A DNA stretch of 64,000 nt from NCBI GenBank assembly GCA_018816555.1, contig JAHIVT010000059.1, positions 7,309 to 71,308 of the forward strand, read 5' to 3'. The notes under the pieces were generated by a model. It ran no database searches and was not told the DNA's origin. It worked only from the letters and a program-made list of their open reading frames with translations. Positions 35,738 to 45,000 of the stretch are shown piece after piece. This stretch comes from Pseudomonadota bacterium (GTDB taxonomy: Bacteria > Desulfobacterota > Desulfobulbia > Desulfobulbales > SURF-16). The position numbers were made by a program, and so were the translations under genes. Each line of letters opens with the position of its first letter. The stretch's first letter is position 1.

Positions 35738-38686
35738 TTATGGTGTCTGAATGGTGGCCTTGGCCGGGTCGGCGACGGCCAGCAATTTTTCAAGTTCCTG
35801 GACTTCCCGGTCCCGACGGTGGTAGCCGGTTTCCGCGACCAGTTTTTTGACCTTAACTAGGTGTTCGCGGGCGGAGGGCAAGTCGTTTTCGGCCAGCAGC
35901 AGTCGGCAGCTCTCGAGATGATAATCGGTGAGGAAGAGACGCATACCGCAGCGTTCGGCGATTTCAAAAACTTCGTCCAGGTCGCGGCGGGCAGAGCCAA
36001 ATTGCCCCTGCTCCCGGCAGAAGAAGGCCCGGTCCAGCAGGCCGCGGGGAAGATAATCCTGTCTCCCTGCCTTACGCAGGAAATCAACGGCCACGGCCAG
36101 ATGGCTGACGGCTTCGGCCGTCTCGTCCAGCCGCTGGCAGGCCCGGCATAGGGTGAGATGGTCCAGGCCGATGTCGAGGGGCCAATTTTCAGCCTTAATC
36201 CATTCAAGAGTTTTCTCCGCCCGCTCCCTAGCCTCGGCCGGCCGGTCGAGTTCAAGGAGCAGGTCACAGTAGCGATAGCCCTGCAAGGAGTAGAGGAAAG
36301 GGTACTGGGGCTGGCACTCCCGCTGCATGGCCTCGGCCTGGCGGAACAGCTCCTCCGCTTCGGCCAACCGGCCGTCCTGATGGAGGGAGCCAGCACGGGT
36401 GGTGCGGGTGGCCAAGTGCCAAAAGGCATCACCGCTCTGGTCGGCCAGCTCCACCGACCTTTTCCCATACTCCATAGCCCGGTCCAGGTCACCCGTGACG
36501 AGGAAAAGTTCGCTGAGGTTGCCGGCAATGATGGTCGCATCTTGCCAATTTTCCTGCTGGACCCGCATTTCCAAACCGGCCCGCATCGGCCCGGCCGCCT
36601 CGTCCAACCGACCCAGGGCTCGGAGGCTGAAACCGGCCCAACTCAGAAGCGCCGCCTGATCAAATTCGCGAAGTCCGGTCGCGGGCCGGTCCCAAAGCTT
36701 CTCGAAAAAGTTAGCCAAGGCGCCCAGATCGGAGCCGAATGCGCCGAGTTTGCTCGTGCAGTAATGGTCGGTCATCCTTATGAGTCGTTGCCAGTAAACC
36801 TCCTCCAGCGTCTCCTGCTGCCGGCCGGCCCGGCAGCCATGGGCGCAGGCGTAAAAAAGCGGAGCCATTTCCTCGATGGTGTCCGGCAGTTCCCTGGCAA
36901 TGCCCTTGTAATGCTCATAAAGCCGCAGGTTGCCCTCCTGCCAGGCTGAGGGGAAATGCTTTTGAAGAAGGTCGGCCATATGCTCCCGCACCAGGGGGTG
37001 GCAGTCCAGGTCGCCGGGGCGATGGCTGCTTGTCGGGGCCAGGAGACCGAAGCGCCGCAGTCGACTGAGGCACTCATGGCGGTCTCCTTTTTCCACTGCC
37101 ATGATGCGGCCGGTCAACTCTGGGATGGCCGGCGGGGTGAGGAGTGCTGCCAGGGCCTCCCTGTCGGCCGGGCGATCAAAGAGGCCAAGGAGCCGCAGAT
37201 ACTCGACCTCCGGTGAATCCCCTAAAAGACCGACCAGGGCGGCCATAACCCGCCGGGGTTGGCGACCATGCTCCTCGGGGAGGTCCAGGTCAGGGATATC
37301 GGCCGCGTGTTGGATGTGGTGTTCGGGGATCTCATGGAGATAGGCGGCCAGGAGCTTGACGGCCAGGGCGTGGTTGCCAAAGGCTCGCGAAGCCTCCTCC
37401 AGCTCCAGGTCCGTGCCCCGCACCCCGCCCACGCGCAAAAGCGCTCGGCCGGCTGCGGCGGAAATCTGCTCCAGGTTGCGTGCCTGAACGGTTTGCGGGA
37501 AACGACGGAGATCAGCCACCTCTTCCCGACTGGTGATGAGGCAGAGGCCGGGATTATTCCTGGCCAGTTCCGTGACCAGGGCAGCAAGGCCGGGGTCCTT
37601 GATGCGGCCCTTGTCAAAATCATGCTCGGCCTGCAACGGCTCCAGGCCGTCCAGCACCAGCAGCGTCCGCTGCTGCTTGATGAGGCCTGCCAGCCGCTGG
37701 CCCTTGTCCCAGGGAGAGCCGGTAATAGGATTCGGGTCGCCGAACCAGGCCAGGGCCCCGGCAATGAAGCGGTCCGCCGAGGTGACCCGCTCCCCGCTCC
37801 CCTGGCTGTAAAAAGACCAGCCAAAGACTCGGGCCGCACCGCGATAGTTGTCCGCGGCCATCTCGGCAAGCCAACGGTTGACCAAAGTGGATTTGCCCAC
37901 CCCACCCCAGGCAACAAAAGAGATAATATTGGTTTTGCCCTGCTCCCAGGCACTGTCCAGTAACTCAAGCTCCGCCTCCCGACCAAAGAGTTCTGCCCCG
38001 GTTATAGGCAGACGGGAGATCTCCACCGGAGGCAGCAATAATTCCAAGAGCGAGGTTGGCGTACTTGATTGGCTGAGTGCTTCTTCCGAAAAGTCAATGT
38101 TGAGCAAGAAATCCTGTTCTGTGGGAATGTCCTTATCAGAGAGGCCCGGCAGTGACGGTCCCATTACATTGCCAAGGATCTCATCAATCAACAGATTTTC
38201 AAAAACGAAAGCCTCATGCTCCGGGACGGTCTGCTGCGCCTGTTCCGCCACCTTGATAGCAAAATCCGCGAGCTGCTGTTTCCGCTTTGTTTTACCCCTA
38301 ATGGCAGCAAGACACTTGTTGCCGGTGGGAAACATCTGGATGCCTTTGAGCCAGCGGATGGCCTGCCACGGGCAGGGCTCAGCCAGTAGGGGCAGGATGG
38401 TCAGGTTTTCAGCCGCCCGCCGTTTAAGCAGGGCCGGCACCTCCTCCTTGATGATAAAATCCGAGGCCAGAAAATTTTTGGTGATGAGGCAGACCGCTAC
38501 TCGGGCCCCCTCCACCGCCTCTTTAATCTCCGGGTACCAGTCAGCGCCGGTGTTGATCTTGCGGTCATGCCAGAGCAGCAGATCGCCTTGCTGCTCAAAT
38601 GCCTTGAGATGGGGGAGAAGCTGATTTTTCCACTCCTCATCCAGGTGGCTATAACTGATGAACACCGTGGGCCTGGCAGTACTCAT
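35738..38686 (-). CDS. TIR - NB-ARC (STAND NTPase) - TPR protein; first gene of the cassette
   Basis: The N-terminal TIR is TVFISYSHLDEEW...ARVAVCLITKNFLASDFIIKEE. Walker A is AWGGVGKSTL (DNA 37886-37907). Walker B is NB-ARC-like, TLLVLDGLE, followed by CLITSRE. About 550 aa of C-terminal TPR-like repeats follow. The start is either the ATG at 38686 or the TTG at 38746. Confidence 0.85.
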   Translation of the reverse strand: MSTARPTVFISYSHLDEEWKNQLLPHLKAFEQQGDLLLWHDRKINTGADWYPEIKEAVEGARVAVCLITKNFLASDFIIKEEVPALLKRRAAENLTILPLLAEPCPWQAIRWLKGIQMFPTGNKCLAAIRGKTKRKQQLADFAIKVAEQAQQTVPEHEAFVFENLLIDEILGNVMGPSLPGLSDKDIPTEQDFLLNIDFSEEALSQSSTPTSLLELLLPPVEISRLPITGAELFGREAELELLDSAWEQGKTNIISFVAWGGVGKSTLVNRWLAEMAADNYRGAARVFGWSFYSQGSGERVTSADRFIAGALAWFGDPNPITGSPWDKGQRLAGLIKQQRTLLVLDGLEPLQAEHDFDKGRIKDPGLAALVTELARNNPGLCLITSREEVADLRRFPQTVQARNLEQISAAAGRALLRVGGVRGTDLELEEASRAFGNHALAVKLLAAYLHEIPEHHIQHAADIPDLDLPEEHGRQPRRVMAALVGLLGDSPEVEYLRLLGLFDRPADREALAALLTPPAIPELTGRIMAVEKGDRHECLSRLRRFGLLAPTSSHRPGDLDCHPLVREHMADLLQKHFPSAWQEGNLRLYEHYKGIARELPDTIEEMAPLFYACAHGCRAGRQQETLEEVYWQRLIRMTDHYCTSKLGAFGSDLGALANFFEKLWDRPATGLREFDQAALLSWAGFSLRALGRLDEAAGPMRAGLEMRVQQENWQDATIIAGNLSELFLVTGDLDRAMEYGKRSVELADQSGDAFWHLATRTTRAGSLHQDGRLAEAEELFRQAEAMQRECQPQYPFLYSLQGYRYCDLLLELDRPAEARERAEKTLEWIKAENWPLDIGLDHLTLCRACQRLDETAEAVSHLAVAVDFLRKAGRQDYLPRGLLDRAFFCREQGQFGSARRDLDEVFEIAERCGMRLFLTDYHLESCRLLLAENDLPSAREHLVKVKKLVAETGYHRRDREVQELEKLLAVADPAKATIQTP

Positions 38687-38746
38687 CCGATTCTCTTTCC
38701 GGGTTGGCTGTTTAGCGGGAAATGGGGATGTTGACGTCTTCCCCAA

Positions 38747-39018
38747 AAATGAATGATTGCTCAGAAAAAAACCCGCAATTAAAGAATTTGCAAGAGAAAA
38801 CTGCTATGAGATGGCAGGAAAAAGAAAAAAAAGGAAGAAAGCGGATGGGGATGTAGGGGCACCCCTTGTGGGTGCCCTATCCCAGGCGGATACCGAATTG
38901 GCCATCATGCAGTACGCGAACTCTAACTGCCTGGACAGTGGCAAACAACGGGTAGCCCGCTCCCAGGGCACCCACAAGGGGTGCCCCTACAGGAATGACA
39001 ATTGGCAATCATTCATTT
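38747..39018. repeat. MITE-like 272-bp element bounded by 14-bp perfect terminal inverted repeats and containing a pair of inverted palindromic modules
   Basis: The terminal inverted repeats are aaatgaatgattgc (38747-38760) and gcaatcattcattt (39005-39018). The internal module tgtaggggcaccccttgtgggtgccct (38862-38888) recurs as its reverse complement at 38964-38990, and each copy is itself a hairpin (gggcaccc/gggtgccc). Confidence 0.7.
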
Positions 39019-39063
39019 GTACCCCGTGTCATTCCCATGCAATCGTCCCGCCTAGATACAAGG

Positions 39064-39085
39064 GGGGCGGTTCGCGAACCGCCCC
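39064..39085. repeat. Perfect 22-bp GC-rich palindrome
   Basis: The sequence is ggggcggttcgcgaaccgcccc. It lies about 40 nt downstream of the BI-1 gene stop on the minus strand, with no T-tail. Confidence 0.7.
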
Positions 39086-39123
39086 TACTAATTCCCCGTG
39101 GCAAAAGCCAGGCCGGGCGACAA

Positions 39124-39840
39124 CTAATCCCGGTTGCCGAGGAACTGCAGCAGGCTGAGGAACAGGTTGATAAAATCAAGATACAGGGCCAGGGCCCCCA
39201 TGATCGCCCCCTTGCGGATGGCTGACTCGCCCTGCTGCATGATGCCGGAGGCGCCGATCTGGGTGATTTTCTGCACGTCATAGGCGGTGAGCCCGGTGAA
39301 GATAATCACGCCAAGCCCGGAAACGATCCAGGCCATCATGGAGCTCTGCAGGAAAATGTTGACCACCGAGGCAATGATCATGCCGACCAGACCCATAAAC
39401 ATGAATGAGCCCAGGCCGGAGAGATCCTTCTTGGTCACCATGCCGTAAATGGCCATGGCGCCGAACATGCCTGCGGTGATAAAGAAGGTGGCGGCCACGG
39501 AAGTGGATGTATAGATACGCAGGATGACGGACAGGGTGACGCCGTTTAAGGCCGAGTAGATGAGAAAGAGGGCGGTTGCCACCGGGGCGGAGAGACGCGT
39601 CACCCTGGCTGACAGATAAAAAACCAGCCCCAGCTCGGCAATGATGATGCCCCAGCGCATCATGGGGTTAAAGATGAAAATCTGCATGGCGGTTTCCGAG
39701 TTCGCCACCAGAAAGGCCATCAGCCCGGTGAGACCCAGCCCGATAGCCATCCAGTTGAAAACCTTGGCCAGGAAAATTGTTGAGGCCTGGGTTTCGGCCT
39801 GTGAAACGGTTATCGTTCTATTTAAGCCATTCTCAAACAT
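39124..39840 (-). CDS. Bax inhibitor-1 / YccA family membrane protein
   Basis: Seven hydrophobic segments. The N-terminal region reads STIFLAKVFNWMAIGLGLTG. I prefer the ATG at 39840 with SD GAAGGAG. Confidence 0.8.
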   Translation of the reverse strand: MFENGLNRTITVSQAETQASTIFLAKVFNWMAIGLGLTGLMAFLVANSETAMQIFIFNPMMRWGIIIAELGLVFYLSARVTRLSAPVATALFLIYSALNGVTLSVILRIYTSTSVAATFFITAGMFGAMAIYGMVTKKDLSGLGSFMFMGLVGMIIASVVNIFLQSSMMAWIVSGLGVIIFTGLTAYDVQKITQIGASGIMQQGESAIRKGAIMGALALYLDFINLFLSLLQFLGNRD

Positions 39841-39960
39841 TTTCTTGCTCCTTCGTAATATGTGAAAAAAGTTGAAAGTCTTGGTCAAACAAACCATGCG
39901 GCGCCGCTGCGCCCAGAATTTTTATAAAATCACCTTAAGGGTTTGTCCATAAATAAGCTC

Positions 39961-41037
39961 TTATTTCTTTGCACTCATTAATATAGCCACTGCTCTCGTC
40001 GAGTCAAGCTGTTCAAAGGCTATTTTCAAGGCGGCGGTCAAGGGAACCGACAGCAGCATGCCGGCAATTCCCCACATCCAGCCCCAGAAAACCAGGGAGA
40101 GCAGAACCACCAGGGGACTGAGGTTAAGACCCCTGCCCATAACCTTCGGTTCCAGGATATTACCCACCACCATCTGGATGAGGACCAGGATAAGCGCCAC
40201 CAGGGCGGCCTTACCGAAACCGAACTGAAAAAGGGTGATGGCCACCGGCGGCAGCACGGCTATCAGCGAGCCGATATTGGGGATGAAATTCAGCAGAAAG
40301 GCCAGCACCCCCCAGAGCAGGGCAAAGGGAACGTCAAAAAGCGCCAGGGCAATGGTGACCAGCACGCCGGTCAACAGACTGATCAGGGTCTTCAGGCCGA
40401 GATAGCTCTGCACCGCCTTGTTGATCCGGCCAATGACCTCAAGCGTCGGCTTGGCATTTTTCGCACCCAGCCCCTCGACCAGACGCTGGGTGATGCTCTC
40501 CCGCTCGGCCAGCATGAACACCATGATCAGAATCACCCAGAACATGTTGCCGAAAAAGGAAAAAAAGGAACCGCTCAAGCGCTGCACCATGCTGCCTATG
40601 GGTTGCAGATCGACCTGTTTGAAGCTCTTGATAACCGAGTCGTACATTTCCCGGGCCTGATCGGGGCTGATATTGAACCATTTGAGCAGATACGCGGCAT
40701 AGTCCCAGAATTTCTTCTCAAACTCGGGAAGCTGCTGGTAAAATTCTTTAATATTAAGGCTTACCATGCTGCCGATGAGATAGATAACACTGAGGATGAA
40801 GAAAACCACGATGATGATGCGCAGAGAGCTGGGGACTTTGAGACGCTGCAGGATTTCCATGGGAATGCCCAGGGCGTAGCAGAGCAGCAGCGAGATGAAA
40901 AAAGGGACAAACAGGAAGCCCAGGGTTTTGAAAATGAGCGTCATGCACACCAGCAAGGTGGCCCAGGCCGCAGCCTTGACCACTCCGAGCCCTTGGAACT
41001 TCATCATCTTTTGCATTTCTTCTCGTCTATTTTCCAT
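39961..41037 (-). CDS. AI-2E family transporter (PerM/YhhT-like)
   Basis: A polytopic membrane protein with the AI-2E C-terminal pattern (NFIPNIGSLIA, GNILEPKVMG, LSPLVVLLSLVFWGWMWGIAGMLLSVPLTA). The start is uncertain: I chose the ATG at 41037, just after the MBL gene stop, while the track ORF extends to 41202. Confidence 0.75.
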   Translation of the reverse strand: MENRREEMQKMMKFQGLGVVKAAAWATLLVCMTLIFKTLGFLFVPFFISLLLCYALGIPMEILQRLKVPSSLRIIIVVFFILSVIYLIGSMVSLNIKEFYQQLPEFEKKFWDYAAYLLKWFNISPDQAREMYDSVIKSFKQVDLQPIGSMVQRLSGSFFSFFGNMFWVILIMVFMLAERESITQRLVEGLGAKNAKPTLEVIGRINKAVQSYLGLKTLISLLTGVLVTIALALFDVPFALLWGVLAFLLNFIPNIGSLIAVLPPVAITLFQFGFGKAALVALILVLIQMVVGNILEPKVMGRGLNLSPLVVLLSLVFWGWMWGIAGMLLSVPLTAALKIAFEQLDSTRAVAILMSAKK

Positions 41038-41041
41038 TTCT

Positions 41042-41806
41042 TCACGTCTCTGAAAGAATTCTAAACATATCACCCGGTTCCGGCAGAAAAACATGGAGCC
41101 CGCCAGTTCCGTCCAGCCCGGCAACTTTTTTCTTGGCGGTTTCTCTGCAGGTTCGCTCCAGATGTACCAGGGCAAGATGTTTCCCCCCGGCGCGGCTGGC
41201 AAATTCGAGGCATTTCATGATATTGCCGTGGTTTTCCACCTCCCTGTCCAGCCTGAAGGCCTCGTGCACGATCAAATCACATCCTGCTGCCAGAGTTTCC
41301 GTTTCCCTGGTCGGCCTGCCATCCCCGCTGTAAAAAATCCGGTGGCTGCCGTCATCAATGCGTATGGACAGACAACGCTGGGAATGGATATTTTCCGCCG
41401 AGCTCCAGTTCGTGCCGGCAATTTCCCGGGCCTGTCCCGGTTCTATTTCCACAAAATCAAGGTGGTACATGAGCCGCGGCAGAAAGCCGGGGTAGGCAAG
41501 CTCCATGGCCGCCGTAATCTTTTCCAGGATGCCCTGCTGCCCGGCAATAACCAGCTTTTTCCTCCGGCCCATTTCCCAGAATCTGAGGAGCAACAGCGGC
41601 ATGCCGAAAAAATGATCGCCATGAAAGTGAGAAATCCAGACAGCGTCCAGTTCGTCCGGATCGCTGCTCAGACCAAAATAGAGATGGGGGGTGGTAAAAC
41701 CGCAGTCCAGCAGGAACCGCTGCCCCTTTCCCGCTGTCACATGAAGCGAGGTATTGGGACAGTGTTGATCGCAGGCTTCGCCAACCCCTAAAAAGTGTAT
41801 TTTCAT
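41042..41806 (-). CDS. MBL-fold metallo-hydrolase (RNase Z-like)
   Basis: 254 aa. The HxHxDH motif is ISHFHGDHF and the N-terminus is MKIHFLGVGEA. Confidence 0.75.
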   Translation of the reverse strand: MKIHFLGVGEACDQHCPNTSLHVTAGKGQRFLLDCGFTTPHLYFGLSSDPDELDAVWISHFHGDHFFGMPLLLLRFWEMGRRKKLVIAGQQGILEKITAAMELAYPGFLPRLMYHLDFVEIEPGQAREIAGTNWSSAENIHSQRCLSIRIDDGSHRIFYSGDGRPTRETETLAAGCDLIVHEAFRLDREVENHGNIMKCLEFASRAGGKHLALVHLERTCRETAKKKVAGLDGTGGLHVFLPEPGDMFRILSET

Positions 41807-42008
41807 ATGATGAACAAACTGAAAAAAAAGTACTTTGTCCAGTTAAAAAGCATGACAAGGCCATCATCCCTGCACAAAATTATTTCCATGTACCCGGCCA
41901 ATAGCATGCTGTTGACAGAGACGCAAGCCGGGCAAAAAAAATGTTCGCCGGCATATTGTCTGATAAAAATGAGCAAGTCAGACGGCAATTATATGGTATA
42001 CTACCAAA

Positions 42009-45000
42009 ATGGCAAATTTTTCATTCACCCAGGAAATTACTCACCTGCTCTCAAAATACGAAGCTCTGGCGCCGGAAGAGCAGAAACTGCTCCAGTTCAT
42101 CTCGATTGTTTTCGAGCCCGCCGGCGCTGCAACCACCATCAGCTGTTTTCGGGAATTTACCGGCAGGCATGATGATGAAAGTCTGCCCGGTGAGGAGCGA
42201 TCACAATCAGCGGCGCTACGCAAACTGCAGGAACAGGGTCTCGCGACCTGGCGCTGCCAGTGCAACCCCCTAATTGTGGAAATCATCAGCAGAAAGGCCC
42301 TGAGCGCAGGTAACTTTGCCCGCATGGCCCGCATCATTGCCAGAAATCTTCCCGTCCAGGGGCAGGCGTACGATGCCCTGCAGCAGAAAGGCCAGCGCCA
42401 TCTGCGGGAAATGCGCATCGGGCTGTATCTGAACGATTTCGATCATTTTAATGACCATCTGCTGCGCTACTATGACTGCCCGGAAACCTCGGAACAGCAC
42501 TCGCCCCTGGTGGAGATCGTCAACAACCCGTTTGAGGCGCAGTGGTTCAGCACCCTGCCGCCCCACCTGCAGCTCCACGGCCTGCATGAAATAAGCAGAA
42601 AAAGCCTGCTCCATCTTGAATCGTTTGCCCAGCCCCTTGCCTATCTCTCCGATGAAAACATCCTGAAGATCATCCCTCCACCGGGCTGGCCATCAGTCTA
42701 TTATCTGCTTATCCTCAACCAGTTGCTGCGCGCCGACATCAAGGCAGCCCGGGAAAAAATCGCCGAAGGCAAAAACCATATTGATTCCTTCGGCCTGCGG
42801 GGCTGGCTGGAATTCCTGGAGGGCCGCAACAGCGATGCCATCGCCAGCTTCCAGGAGGATCTGATCGATCTGCGCCTCAAAAAAGAGTCGAAAAACGTTT
42901 TTTTCATCGGCATGGAAGGACTCATCTTCATCCTGGCTCTGCTGAAATCCGGAGACTACAGAAAGTATCCGATCATTGCCACCTTCATCTCCACCTTGGA
43001 AACAGAGCAGAGTAATAATCCCCTGCTTCCTGCCTACAGGATTCTCCAGCAGGTGACCAAGGCAAAACTGGAAAACTTCAAGCTGGACTCCACTGCACAG
43101 ATATGGCAACAGGATGAAAAAGACGCGGTGACGGCCCTATTCATGGGGCTTGGCAGTTTCTGGCTCAATGGCGCGCTGGAATCAGCCCAGCGCCACGAAC
43201 TGCATGAATTTTACACACGGGCCAGAGAAAACGGCTACGACTGGCTGGCCATGGAATATGCTTCCCTGCTCTATCAAGCCACCGAAATCGAGTCTTATCA
43301 AGACTTCAGCCGCTCTATCTGCGGGGAATCGGCACTCACCTCTCTGCACTCCGTGCTACCCCATGAGAAATCGTGGCAACGAGCCCTGAAGGCCTTAAAT
43401 ATCGTCAGCCTGGAAAATGAGGAGAATGGCCAACTCCAGTACAGAATGGTCTGGATGGTGGACTTCAAGGACGGTTTTGTTACCATTTACCCCAGGGAAC
43501 AGAAGTTTACCGCCAGCGGCAAATGGAGCCAGGGACGCTCCGTGGCCTTGAAGCGTCTGTATGCCGGAGAGAATCTCTCTTTCCTCACGGAGCAGGACCA
43601 GAGAATCAGGGCAACATTACGCAAAAAGGAGTTCAGCCATGAAACATCCTTTGAATTTGACATGGATGAAACCCTGTCCGCCCTGGTCGGTCACCCCCTG
43701 CTCTTTTCCAGCACACACACCTCAGTGCCGGTTGAATTCACCAGAGGGGAACCGGAACTGCATGCCACCCAGAAAGATGACAAGGTGCTGCTGGAATTTT
43801 CCTCACCCATCGGCGACGAAAAAGTAATGGCCTTACGGGAAACCCCCACCCGCTTCCGCATTATCGAGATCTCCGAAAAACACCGCAAAATTGCGGCAAT
43901 CATCGGCGACGACGGCCTCATCGTTCCGGAAGGCGCTAAAAAACAGGCCCTTGAAACCCTGGGCAATCTTTCCTCCTGCCTGACCATTCACTCTGATATC
44001 GGCGCCACCTCCAGAGAAATAGAAGAGGTACCGGCGGCGGACAAGATCATCATGCAACTGCTGCAGGTGGGTAACGGCTTCAGAGTCTCCATGCTGGTTA
44101 AGCCCTTTGCCACCGGCGGTCCCTATCTCTACCCCGGCGAAGGGGCGATGAACGTCATGGCCGAAATCAACGGCAAACGCCTGCAAACCTGTCGCAACCT
44201 TGACAAGGAGAGAGAGAACTGCGCGCAGATTGAAGAGAGATGCCCTACCCTGGCCAGACTGGGCGGGATGGACGGCGAATGGTTCATCGAAAATCTGCAG
44301 GATTGCCTTGAGGTTCTTTCTGAAATCCAGAACCTGGGGGATGATGTCATCATTGAGTGGCCGGAAGGGGAAAAACTCACCATCCGTCATCATGCCTCGT
44401 TTCATGATTTCCATGTGCAGATCAGACAGAAACAGAACTGGTTTGAACTGGAAGGACAGCTCACCATCGACCAGGAAAAGGTGATGGAGATGAAAACGCT
44501 GCTGGAACTGACCCAGGCCAATTCAGGCAGATTCATTCCGCTGGGCAAAGGCGAATTTATGGCCCTGTCCCGGGAATTCCGCAAACAGCTGGATGAATTA
44601 ACCTCCTTTACCGAACCCCTTGGCCAGAAACGGCGGATGCATCCTCTGGCATCCTGCGCCCTGGAAGGTTTCACGGAAAGCGGCGTTCAGTTGACCGCCG
44701 ACAGCTATTGGCAGGAACAGCTGCAGCGCATCCGGGAATCACGCTCCTTTCACAGTGAGGTGCCGACAACCCTGCAGGCTGAACTGCGCGAGTACCAGAT
44801 TGAGGGATTCAAATGGCTGGCCCGTCTCAAACACTGGGGTGTCGGCGCCTGTCTGGCAGACGATATGGGACTGGGGAAAACCGTGCAGAGCCTGGGCATC
44901 ATTCTGCAGGAGGCGCCCCAGGGCCCTTCCCTGGTGGTAGCCCCCACCTCCGTCTGCATGAACTGGCAGGAGGAAATCCTCCGTTTCGCTCCCACCCTGC

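Noticed and set aside
39064-39085. The GC-rich palindrome considered as the rho-independent terminator of the BI-1 gene.
   Set aside because: It has the right position and stem but no downstream T-run on the minus strand. I kept it as a repeat rather than a terminator.
38757-39158. A 133-aa plus-strand ORF in the cassette leader (…VGAPLVGALSQ…GTHKGCPY…GGSRTAPT…).
   Set aside because: It is generated by reading through the palindromic repeat modules. Such peptides are known artefacts of GC-rich palindromic repeats. It has no SD and no motif.
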